A DNA stretch of 63,590 nt, the filler included, from Octopus bimaculoides (lineage: Eukaryota), in the NCBI RefSeq assembly GCF_001194135.2. It is 5 parts of 4 records of this genome, joined end to end, with 100 filler letters (N's around TTAATTAATTAA, not from the genome) between each part and the next. Parts side by side here need not be neighbours in the genome. Positions count along the whole stretch, not along the records: positions 11,789 to 37,020 come from NC_068985.1; 4 more parts are not named here. One strand, written 5' to 3'. The notes below the pieces were generated by a model. That model saw only the letters and a list, made by a program, of their open reading frames with translations, had not been told where the DNA came from and ran no database searches. The position numbers and the translations under genes were made by a program. Position 1 is the stretch's first letter. Every line of letters starts with the position of its first letter. Shown here in pieces: positions 14,330 through 25,359 of the stretch.

Positions 14330-14591
14330 CATTTCGATCGGTTTATTTTCGATCATCATCTAGACGAATCTAATCTGGTAACTAGCAGCTAGAGTAGGTT
14401 CGAACAGGGAACCTTTATTTCTAGACTCGGGGAAATAACGCTCATACTCATTTTGATTTCGATACATGTCCATAATCTTTAACTGTTATTGCCCTTAGTT
14501 CAGAAATAAAGGTTCTTATTTCGAAACCAACCCGGTACATATCGGGGAGCACGACATTTGATCTCAGTCAGAGTTCAAATTGATCGAAATG
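14330..14591. repeat. Nested inverted repeats, possibly an old MITE
   Basis: Outer CATTTCGATC/GATCGAAATG. Inner perfect 14 bp GAACCTTTATTTCT (14409-14422) / AGAAATAAAGGTTC (14502-14515). Confidence 0.55.
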
Positions 14592-16733
14592 TAGATATAA
14601 ACATTAAAAAATTATCTGTAAAAGTTATGTTCAATAAATAATAATTGTATTAATAGCTGCTAATCTTACACACATATCCACGGGTACCAGAAGCAGCTCC
14701 TAGTACTTAAAGCCAGAGCTTGCTCCTTTAAAAGCTTAAGTTACGTAACTGAAGTAGGATACATATAGTATGTATGTACTTTCTTTCCAGTTGTCTCTCA
14801 TACAAATGAAAGACTTATATAAAAACCTGGTTTATTATCTGATGCCTTACACACAAGCAGGAAACGCCACTGTATTTAGCTAAATATTGTAGTCAAGTAC
14901 TTTGCTGTTTGCGCTAATCCAATTGAACTAACCAGAGAAATAATGGTAATTACTTCCTTCTATTTATCTCAGTTCCTAGATAGAACCATTTCATTTCACG
15001 TGGGAAATGCATCGAACGTAAGAAATTCCCATCACAACTAATGATTTAAAACCTAAATAAAAACAAAATCAATATCTCTGTTTTAGCGGAGGTGCTGACG
15101 GGTTTGCGGAAGCAATTACGACGGGTCGCAGGAGCAAAACACTTCATCTTTTATCATTTGAGTCTGATTAATTTGGGGATTAAATTGGTGATGTAATCAA
15201 GCTTTTTCATGAATGCCAGTAAAACAACGAGAGACTCTATACAAAGTGAAATTCGAATAGAATCAGTGAATTCCTCTTGTTTTAGAAACAATACCATTAT
15301 ATAATGTTTTCTTTCACTTTTAGTGGTCTATGCGCGCAAAAATATTACTGTGATTTTGATTTTTCTGGTGACAAAAGCATGAATATACACATAATTATAA
15401 TCTGTAATTGTTAAATTATTATAAGTAACTAATGTTTTGCGTGCACGCATTAATTTCTTATGCATACAAGTTTATTTTTGTGTGTAATAGTTACAACACG
15501 TGTGTGTGTGTATGTGTGTGTATGTGCGTGCGCATGTATATGCACTCAGTTTACCGGGAACAGTAGTGCACTACTAACATGACATATAAAATTACATAGG
15601 TCTTAAAATGACGGGATATGTGTGTATGTGTAAATGTATAAATGTAATGTATACATGTGTGTTTGTGTACATAGGCGCATGTTTGTATGTACATGTTGAT
15701 GTATGTAAGTGTGCATGTATGAGTGTATATATATACATACATATATATATATATANNNNNNNNNNNNNNNNNNNNNNNNNNNNNNNNNNNNNNNNNNNNN
15801 NNNNNNNNNNNNNNNNNNNNNNNNNNNNNNNNNNNNNNNNNNNNNNNNNNNNNNNNNNNNNNNNNNNNNNNNNNNNNNNNNNNNNNNNNNNNNNNNNNNN
15901 NNNNNNNNNNNNNNNNNNNNNNNNNNNNNNNNNNNNNNNNNNNNNNNNNNNNNNNNNNNNNNNNNNNNNNNNNNNNNNNNNNNNNNNNNNNNNNNNNNNN
16001 NNNNNNNNNNNNNNNNNNNNNNNNNNNNNNNNNNNNNNNNNNNNNNNNNNNNNNNNNNNNNNNNNNNNNNNNNNNNNNNNNNNNNNNNNNNNNNNNNNNN
16101 NNNNNNNNNNNNNNNNNNNNNNNNNNNNNNNNNNNNNNNNNNAAACAGAGAAACGAGACATGCAACATAAAGAGTATATCCCTTCGTCAGTTGTCCCTGT
16201 CCATCTACTCCGCGTTTCGAAGGCAAGGACAATACGCGACTTCGTTGGAACAGTCCTTCCCGCAAAGCAAATGAAAATAAAATTTGGATTTTTTTGCGGA
16301 GGGTGAAAGTGTTAACAAGAACAGAACAGTGAGAACAAGACAGTAAAAACAATACAGTAAAAACAATAAAAACAGTTAAAACAAGTAAACACGCGGCAGT
16401 AAAAACAAACGATGAGGGCTGTTGGGCCAAGACGATAGAAAAATTATTATGAACTCTAATTAGAAGAGACAGAAAAATTCACGTCTGTTCTTTAGGAAGA
16501 CCAGTGGGCAGAAAGAAAGAACCCCTTTCGTCACGTGTCAGCGACGAGAGGGTAAAGGAGGAAGAGGAGGAGTGAGAGAGAGAGGGGGGAACGGTGAAAG
16601 GAAGAGAAGAAGAATTAGGAAAGGGTGGGAGAGAAAAGCAGAAAGGATGAAGAACAAGAGAGGGAGAGAGATAGAAGAGTGCGCATAGTATTAAGATAAA
16701 ACTTACTTGGAAAAGTTTTATCTATCTATCTAC

Positions 16734-16815
<82 letters not shown>

Positions 16816-17132
16816 TCATGCATACACATGCCACATACAAAAACGTGCACACACGCATATCTCTGCAGGAAAAATCGAACTCAATACGTGATGTGGCGCA
16901 TATGTATTCTGCTGTTAAACTATGAAAGTGATTTAAGGGTCTAGAACTTCTTGGTGGTACTTATCAAACTTCATAAGTTTGATAAATGCCACGCTCTTAT
17001 TCTGGCCTATATGACCCGTGTGTTATTTATGCAACTTTACTGCAAGGTAATAAAGAATAACACACGCACTCACACACATGCTCGCGCGCGCGCGCGCACA
17101 TGTATGTATGTATGTATGTATGTACGTATATA

Positions 17133-17994
17133 CAGCGTGCGGTGAATAAACTGTCGTCTAAATTACGTAAAAATAACACTGACATCTCATTTTAACAGTT
17201 ATATCCACCAAAATTACATAAAAATGTCTTGAAATATTAAAAAGTAAATTTATTTAATAACATCACTCTTGGCTTCAACCACGGCCTCCAGACGATTTCG
17301 GAATCTTCTTCATCTCTTCCGGACGGTCTCCTTGTTTAAGTTGGTGAATGTTGCCATAATCCTTGCCTTCAGTTCATCTTTGGTGTTACAAGGAGTTTTG
17401 TTGGTCTCTTACTCAACTGCGGCCCACACATAATAATCAAGGGGGTTGCAGTCTGAGGAGTTAGGTGGCCAGATGTTAGGGGTAATGTAGTCGCAGAAAT
17501 TGTCTGACAGCCATGACAGGGGGTCTCCTGTTTATGTGGCATGATGCAGAGTCCTGTTGCCAGACATAGGGTCATCCAGCAGCCACCCTCTTTTGACCCC
17601 GACATTTGATGTAGACCTCCGTGTTGAGCTTGAGACTGTGTGGGAAGAGGACTGGAGGCATAACGTCGCCATCAGTAGTGATCACTCTAAACACCATGAT
17701 GGTGACTGGATGTTTGATTTTTATCACTCTCTGTACATATCCTCAGATTGCACTGTTCTCAGATTGACACCCTAACTCTCTGAAATGTTCATATTTCTGA
17801 CTCGAATACCAAGAAGTAGTACACCATGTCGTTTCCAGATTTCTGGACGAGTGAATTGCGTCATGGTGCTGTGTTCTCCCAGACGGTGCCCAACTTCCCC
17901 TACTATACTGTGTAGTCGACAAAATCAAAAACAAACATTGGGCATGCGCGAAATTAAAAATATAAAATGGTGACACTTTACCCATCGCACCCTG
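17133..17994 (-). mobile_element. Internally deleted Tc1/mariner element, probably DD37D (maT) family
   Basis: TA-flanked imperfect TIRs CAGCGTGCGGTGAATAAACTGTC / CAGGGTGCGATGGGTAAAGTGTC. The minus strand gives PEIWKRH..VNLRTVQ, then DGDVMPP..YVWQQDSASCH..WPPNSSDCNPLDYYVW..RLEAVVEA. There are 37 residues between the second and third catalytic D after correcting one frameshift in a C run near 17520. Confidence 0.85.
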
Positions 17995-18589
17995 TATGTA
18001 TGTATGTATGTATGCGTGTGTGTATGTATGTGTGTGTGTATGTCTGTGTGTGCGTGCGTGCGTTTGTGCATGTGTTTATCTTATGCCACTCTGCGTGCAA
18101 TTACTGAAGCCTATATATGTCCCAGGTCATTTTAAGATCTACCATTACAGCTAAACAAAACTTTACTGATAAGGTATGATAAGTCAGAAACACGCACAGA
18201 ATTGTTATTGTAATGTTAAACATCATATCCATTTCCCATTGCATTATATATTGTCTCTTCTGTCTCGACCGAGCTGAATTAGTAATTATGTTGATGACGT
18301 GTTCTCATCATTACAGGAATAATTTTAATTAATTAAAATTTCTTGACTTATTATTCTAAGTATGTTAGTATCTCTTTACGTCTAAGGAGTAATTAATCTC
18401 ATAGACAGGATGAAAAGAATTGAAAGATATGTAAATATTCCTTAATTACCGCGGAAATTGTTTTTGCTATTGTTGTTGTTGCCATTGTTAAGCAGTTTTA
18501 TAGGGATTTCAGTGTTGGCCATCTAGTTTCTTTTTATTTATTTATTTACTTATTCATTTTTAAAATAAATTTGTAACACTCGACATAAG

Positions 18590-19090
18590 CAAAGAATTTC
18601 ACTGTGTCTGGTACACAAATCTGTCAAAACTGCCCATCTATGGACTCTTTTCCCGTCATACCGCACTATTGCGGTGTATGCTGATGGAGTTCTTTCTGAT
18701 TGACTCTCTTTCAACTCTGGCGTGTCCAAGCTTCGGTTCTGTACACCACGCTCTTTCTTCTATACTTGATTTCATCTCCAACACTTCCCACGCCTAATCT
18801 TCTGCATTCGCTCGTCATCTATATGCAATATAGACAACTCATGCCAAACCTGCACTGACTCTAATGGAAATATCCTCTTATGGGATCAGGCTAATGTTAC
18901 CTCCTTCAACGAAGAGCAGTCATTGTACATGTTAAGAGACACTGAACAGTATGTAACTTGCACCCTCATGGTCGCTTCAAATAATGCTTCACCATCACTG
19001 AGAATAACCTTGCGATGGACTAGCGTCCCTTTCAGAGGCTATGTTGTGAACTCGGTCACTTAGATCTCATGAAAACCGGGTAAACAACCA
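18590..19090 (-). mobile_element. Heavily degraded RTE-like LINE 3' fragment
   Basis: GC-richer island with weak minus-strand resemblance to the RTE post-RT region. The motifs are eroded. Confidence 0.35.
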
Positions 19091-19613
19091 TAAGAGTCCT
19101 TGGACTTGAGATAGTATAATGTAACTCACTGAGAATATTTCCAAAGCACGCACACAAAGAAGGCTCGAGGGCATTTGAGACTCTACTATCATGGAGGATC
19201 TAAGGTACATGCACGGTTGGGGAGGATCGGACGTGCTAGAGACCGCACACGTTTTTTTTTCTTTATATTAAAAATGTTTTTTAGTGAAAATTCAAAAAAT
19301 ATATTTTCAGTAGAATATGCACGACTAGTACTTGTTTTTCAGTTACTAATTCCACTGTTTCACCAAATCAATATGTAAAATGTTCAACTCGATGCAGTCA
19401 CTAACTTGTAAATTCATAAATTAATAGAAATTACTAGAAAATCAGTGTTAATGACAGCTATGGCAGCGCAGATCGAACATTAAATGTCTATAATGATAAA
19501 GTAGATATAGAATACAATTAAACCTTGGGTGAGGCATTATGCCGGTAATAAACACACGCACTGGTTCAGTCCTTTATTAATTTATAAACAGTATTTTTTT
19601 TTTGTTTTTTTTT

Positions 19614-19654
19614 GTTAAATCATTTCATTGCACTGTTGCAATCTCTTCAGTAAC
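19614..19654 (-). ncRNA. Minimal hammerhead-like motif with intact core but very short helix III
   Basis: GUUA-CUGAAGA-G-AUUGCA(ACAG)UGCAAU-GAAA-UGAUU-UAAC. Perfect 6-bp helix II and 4-bp helix I, followed by an A-rich tract and AATAAA. Helix III (AU-G-AU) cannot close as a monomer. Confidence 0.45.
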
Positions 19655-19782
19655 TTGTCTCTCCACTTCCATTTATACACATACGAAATAGATATAGAAT
19701 GTTACTTTAGTATAAATATTTTATCACTGGTGAAACTTCAGGTAAAAAAAACTCCTTTTCAAAAATGTTACAGGAACAAGGG

Positions 19783-19916
19783 AGAAATATGTTCGTCAAC
19801 TTGGCATGCCAGTCACCGATCTAACATTAAGATCTAGCATTACAGTCACCGATCTAACATTAAGATCTAGCATTACAGTCACCGATCTAGCATGCCGAGT
19901 TAACAGACACATTTCT
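19783..19916. repeat. 27-bp inverted repeat enclosing 2.5 copies of a 33-bp tandem unit
   Basis: Arms at 19783-19809 and 19890-19916 match at 22/27. Unit CAGTCACCGATCTAACATTAAGATCTAGCATTA occurs at 19810 and 19843, with a partial copy at 19876. Confidence 0.85.
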
Positions 19917-20029
19917 GTAGTAACAGCTCACTATCGTTAGTATTGTTAGTATTGATCTTTAATTCTTTTATTCTATGTTACTGTTGCTTTCCGTAACACA
20001 TTGAATTGTTTTTTGTTTACATAGTTCGC

Positions 20030-20505
20030 AATACTGGCTTCAAATTTTTGCACAAGGCCTGAACTTTGAGAGGCGGGGAATAGTCGATTACATCGACTCC
20101 AGTCATTCACCGGTACTTTTTTTAATTTTTTATCGACCCCGAAAGGATGAAAGGCAAAGTCGACCTCGCTGGAATTTGAACTTAGAATGAACCAAAAACA
20201 GACCAAATGCCTCTAAGCATTTTGCTTGGCGCGATAACGATTCTGCCAGCTCGCGGCCTTCACAGAGTTAGCAATATTGCAAGCAACTTAAGGTGGTGAG
20301 CTGGCAGAATAGTTAGCACACCGGGAAAAGTGCTTAGCGGCATTTCGTCCGTCTTTATGTTCTGAGTTCAAATTCCACCGAGGTCGACTTTGCTTTTCAT
20401 CCTTTTGGAGTGGATAAAATAAGTACCAGTTGAACGCTAGGGTCGATGTAATCGACTTACACCATCCTCCTCGAAATTGCTGGCCTTGTGTCAGTATTTG
20501 AAATC
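20030..20505. mobile_element. Head-to-head pair of SINE family A copies (20030-20260 -, 20290-20505 +)
   Basis: Both copies are near full length. The + copy has a TSD-like AATA[T/G]TGCAAGCAACT at 20273-20288 and 20506-20521. Confidence 0.9.
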
Positions 20506-20999
20506 AATAGTGCAAGCAACTAACAACACTATTCTAATATTTTTTTTAATTAATCCATAATTTATTAAGCATGTCATGACATTTACATTTTTATTATGAA
20601 ATTTATTGGTAAAACCAATACGATTTTTATTTAAAAAAGAACAAAATTGTATATCTTATTTATTATAAAATGGTGTAATTTTCCCGCAAATTTGACAATA
20701 ACGGGAAATCCTTTTGCCCCAGATAGGTCACTTAACTCTCATTTCCATGACATGTTNNNNNNNNNNNNNNNNNNNNNNNNNNNNNNNNNNNNNNNNNNNN
20801 NNNNNNNNNNNNNNNNNNNNNNNNNNNNNNNNNNNNNNNNNNNNNNNNNNNNNNNNNNNNNNNNNNNNNNNNNNNNNNNNNNNNNNNNNNNNNNNNNNNN
20901 NNNNNNNNNNNNNNNNNNNNNNNNNNNNNNNNNNNNNNNNNNNNNNNNNNNNNNNNNNNNNNNNNNNNNNNNNNNNNNNNNNNNNNNNNNNNNNNNNNN

Positions 21000-21034
<35 letters not shown>

Positions 21035-22007
21035 GATAAATAAGAATTTGGCTCCACAGTCTTCGTTGAACGTCAAATAAGTCTGTGTGCTGTATTTCGG
21101 AGACAGGCTTGTTTTGACATGTAACGTTTTCTGAATAGATTCATTACTTTTACAATGAAATGGGTGCCACACTTACCAATGCAGATTATAAAATGTATAA
21201 ATATATGTCATGAAAGTAATGAAAACAAAATAAAAGAAGACAATTCAGGAAGAACAAGTTTTAACAAATATGTTACCTTAATGTTTCAAAGGAAGGGAAA
21301 GCGTCTTGACGTTTATCCTGGCAATTAAGAAAACAATTTAGCGTTTCCGACATCATCACAACCTCGAAATATATCTAATCTATCCAGAAGAAAGTGTGTT
21401 TCTGACAAATAGGATGAAAAACAAAATGTAAGGTAAAAAAATGTACCACATATGAATGAAGAATAAAGAAAATGATTAAAAGAAACCCGTTGATACGTTG
21501 TTATATTTGTAACACTGTCCCGAATTTGACTAAGGACTCTACACTTGCTATTTTTAATATTTTGTCATGTATTTACTCTTCACCGGAAGAGTATCAACGG
21601 ATAGAAAGATGTAGCTAGAAATAGAGCAGGGATTCAGACAGAGTAGCTAAATGAAAAGGAAATTTGAAGGTGTGATACTGTTTATCATCAAAACAATGTT
21701 GTTGCTGTTACTATTGTTATTGTTTTGCCGAAGGTCAGTTCCTAACCAGCACACCTACGATCAAATGCATTCCGGCCATGACAATCCCATCTTATTTTCA
21801 TACATAGTAAATCTATGACTATATTATCGAACATGCCTATTTTTTTATAAATGGTAAAGTATTGAGTGAAGGCTGCTTGCTATTTCTAGCAGGCCGAGTA
21901 ATTTCTTGGATATTTGTTTTTGTTTCTATGATAACACACACTTTGTTTTAGTAGTTTGTTCTGTGCAGAGCTAAGATTACACTTCAGATCAGATTTTAAA
22001 GAAATGA

Positions 22008-22430
22008 TAATGGTTTCAAATTTTTCTACAACACAAGCAATTGTCGGGGACGGGGTAAGTCGATTACACCGTTCCGGTGCTCAACTGGTACTTATCTTAT
22101 TGATCTCGAAAGGATAAAGGCAAAGTTGACTTTGGCGGAACACGAACTTTAAGAACCGAAGTCTGACGCACAAACAATTCTACCAACTCACCGCCTTAAA
22201 GTAATTACAATATTTTCTACTAAAGGGAACAAGGCCTGAAATTTGGGAGAAAGAGCTACTTGATTACATCAATTCCACTATCCGACCTGTACTTATTTTA
22301 TCGACTCAGAAATGATGAAAGGTAAAGTCGATCTCGGCAGTATTTGAATTCAGCACGTAAAGAATCAGAAAAAAAATGTCGCTAAGCATTTTGCCCAGTG
22401 CACTAACGATCTTGTCAGCTCTCCGCCTTC
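22008..22430 (-). mobile_element. Two tandem SINE family A copies; a further copy at 28236-28449 (-)
   Basis: Reverse-complement core (GGATGAAAGGCAAAGTCGAC-like) and head (CTGCCAGCTCGCCGCCTT-like). Confidence 0.85.
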
Positions 22431-22709
22431 GAATACTTTAACAATACTTCTACAGAATAACGCTCGCAGAAACATCGGATAAATTAATACGGGTAATAAT
22501 GATTTTTAATTCAATCACAAAATCAGCAATTTTGCCTTTCCTTTTCGTCCGAAAAGAGGAATGACATAATGAGTTGGAAGAAATATCGTGGGGCAGTTTG
22601 CCGAAAGCTCTAATGATTCTACTTTCCACTGCTCTTGTGATTTCTTATATTTAAAAAATCGGGTCGACTGACTGAACTTCAGCCGTGTTTCTATCGCACC
22701 TCAGTATCA

Positions 22710-22969
22710 TCTTATATAATAAAACGCAAAGTGTGTCCCTGTCAGTCAAGCTATAAGAAAAGAAGAGTAAGACAACAAGCGGAGTGAGAGTGAGTGGCGG
22801 TGAAAGATGTTAAAGCAGACGGATAATGTTTAAAGACTATGCTCCGAAGACGCTAGGGAAAGAAGAGAGAAAAGAACAACAACAAAAAAAACGGATTAAA
22901 CGTCTTCCATTCGTTTAATCTGGCCGAGACATCATAAGTGTTCCCTACACAGGATTGATATCAAGCTAG
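22710..22969 (+). mobile_element. Possible short non-autonomous Helitron
   Basis: 5' end A|TCTTATATAATAAAACGCAAAGTGTGT resembles animal Helitron 5' termini, and a CTAG lies 260 bp downstream. The 3' hairpin and T flank are not clean. Confidence 0.35.
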
Positions 22970-23299
22970 ATAGCTGCGCATACCGCCACATTCGACGCTG
23001 GGTATTCTATTTTTCCATGAAATAGTTATGGTATTTAAGACAGCACGTTGTCAAAATTTGTAGAATGTAATATTTAGTTACGTCTGTTTACCTTCTAAGT
23101 TCGAATCACATGAATGTTGGTTTTGCCTGTCATTAATCATTTATAACAATGATTTTTTAAACAAAGCCAGATATTTTAGGCTATGAACATTTGAGTAGCT
23201 AAATTCCACTATTAGATTGATCCTTATATTTTTCATTCAGAAGGATTGTGGACAAAAGTCGACTCTAAATATACTACCAAAACTGTATGAAGAATAATT

Positions 23300-24200
23300 G
23301 GTATAAGAAAAAGAAAGCATGCATCTTTTGAAGCACACGTAATAAGTATCACCAGATGGAAAAACCTTTAGAAGCGGCAGATTTAAAAAAACTGCAAAGA
23401 ATGGAGGAATATAGAGAAATAAGAAATATTGTCTAGGATTGTTTGAAATAATTATTTATTCAGCTCGATAAGGATTACTGTTAACAAGTGAGGATGAAAT
23501 CCAATAAGTTTGATTAAAGGAAACTTCTTCGAACTGGTTCAACTTTTAAATATGACGATGTCATCAAGAACCTTCAACATACTGTACAAAATCTCACATG
23601 TTAATTCTCTCAAACTATATTCAGAACGTCGCGACCAAGTCTTTGGCTACCTGTATCAGAAAATCAATATCAATTGAAATTAAGATAGTAATAATATATT
23701 ACTTTGTTATGAATAAAACTACAGATGGTTTCTTGTTTCTCTGTGCTTGAGCTATGTATCTGATAATAATATTAAAAAGCTTTTCATTGAAATGTTCGAA
23801 GCAGAGCCTACAACATGTGGATATTTGAAAGGAATGAGAGAATGACCCTCATTTTAGAAATGAATAGAATACAGATAAAAGTTGTCAGGGCTATGAGGAG
23901 ATGCTAACATGAATGGATCAGACAAAGGACTTCCATCAAAGATTGAACCCAAGTGTGAAAAAATAACTTTATTTACTGCTATGCACACCGAATGAACCTT
24001 GTACTCGCAGAAAGTGAAAAGCAAGCTGCACTTTCGCCTAATTTCTAGATGCAGTAGAAAAGTCAAACAGTTTCATTTCAATGTTATGCTTCATTCACAC
24101 AAAATAGTTACGTAGTTCTTTACCAGCAAAAATGGAATGTGGGTCGCAGACTCGGTTTATCAAAAGCATGCATTTATGTTCTGTGACTTTTAGTGGCCTA
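23300..24200 (+). mobile_element. Degraded hAT-superfamily transposase relic (ZMYM1/DUF4371-like)
   Basis: Frameshifted motifs in the expected order: KGNFFELVQLL (~23516), CQGY..ANMNG (~23883), CYAHRMNLVL (~23977). Boundaries are approximate and no TIRs were found. Confidence 0.75.
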
Positions 24201-24893
24201 CTATCTCTAAGACTATATATAAATTTTTTTAAAAATGCAAAAAACAAATTTTGATAAAATTAAATTAGGTTGAGAAAATACTTTTATTTCTGCAAGGTTA
24301 ATGAACCGCTGCTGCTCGGTTAGAAATATATAAACAGTGTTTTAGCATTAAGTACTTCGTTTGGTAAGTACAACATGTCAGTATTTTATCCAGTATGTTA
24401 CATTCTATATTATTCTTTAAACTCGATACAAGATTTATTGTATTAATTGCTTGTATAGACATCGTATACTTCTGCCAAGTATATTTAAGGCTTATAAACC
24501 ACTGCTATATCAACGTTTGCTCTAGTTTTTGTATAAAATTTGAAGAGATAACTTTAAAAAGTGAAGGATTATAGTCGCTATAAGATTACGATAGTGGTCG
24601 TCGTTGGTGCCTCTAAGATTTTTAAGTTATAGTACACACGGGTTATCAATTGTGCCAGTTGAAAAAGGAAAAGTAAAGGGAAAAATCTAAAGAGAAGGTG
24701 TTCTAAAAACCATAAAGTAATCAACAGAAGATTTAAAAAGACTAAGTTTATACTAAAAAATAAGGAGAGAATTCCTTAAGACACTTGTTCCTAGAAAGAA
24801 ACTACTAGAGTTGAAGCACTTTTTATAAGAACAGCAACAATCAAAGGATAATTAATAGAAAGACAAATCACTCGAGCTGTAATATTTAGACAA

Positions 24894-25077
24894 TGGAAGG
24901 CGGCGAACTGGCAGAAATATTAGCACGCCGGGTGAAATGCTTAGCGATCCACCGAGGTCGACTTTGCCTTTCATCCTTTCGGGGTCGATAAATCAAGTAC
25001 CAGTTGCGTACTGGGGTCGATCTAATCGACTGGCCCCCTCACCAAAAATTTCGGGCCTTGTGCCTAGAGTAGAAAAG
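24894..25077 (+). mobile_element. Young-looking SINE family A copy lacking the B-box segment
   Basis: Perfect 13-bp TSD AATATTTAGACAA (24881-24893 / 25078-25090). About 33 nt including GTTCAAAT are missing at 24946/24947 relative to the 20290 copy. Confidence 0.9.
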
Positions 25078-25139
25078 AATATTTAGACAAAGAACAAGAA
25101 TAGAAAGTTTGATTGAAGAAAACAACTATAGAAGTATTT

Positions 25140-25290
25140 ATAGAATACAGATAATAATAGCAATAAAGTGGCGATGAGAGAGGCGCTGGAAGTTTAGCTA
25201 CCAAATCAATAATAAATAAAACTTGATAAGGAGGAAAGGAACGTCAGTAGGGACTCCAGCCTAAGTATCACAACAGTATTACGTACAAGG
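25140..25290 (+). mobile_element. Possible eroded GIY-YIG C-terminus (Penelope-like)
   Basis: MREALEV..NVSRDSSLSI resembles the REALEI..N.NRD.G motif, but is interrupted by stops. Confidence 0.25.
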
Positions 25291-25359
25291 GCGAATAAGA
25301 GAACTTATAAGGACAAAGAATACATTTAGATTGTCGCTTGGGTGGTTGTTTTATTGTCA

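Noticed and set aside
16144-16260. CTGACGA and GAAAC motifs on the minus strand; related CTGATGAAGG at ~29020
   Set aside because: The motif order would require a type II fold, but helix I does not close. The 29020 copy lacks GAAA. Probably a repeat-family terminus, not a supportable ribozyme.
19810-19893. 33-bp repeats as a CRISPR-like array
   Set aside because: The units are contiguous with no spacers, the DNA is eukaryotic and there are no cas genes.
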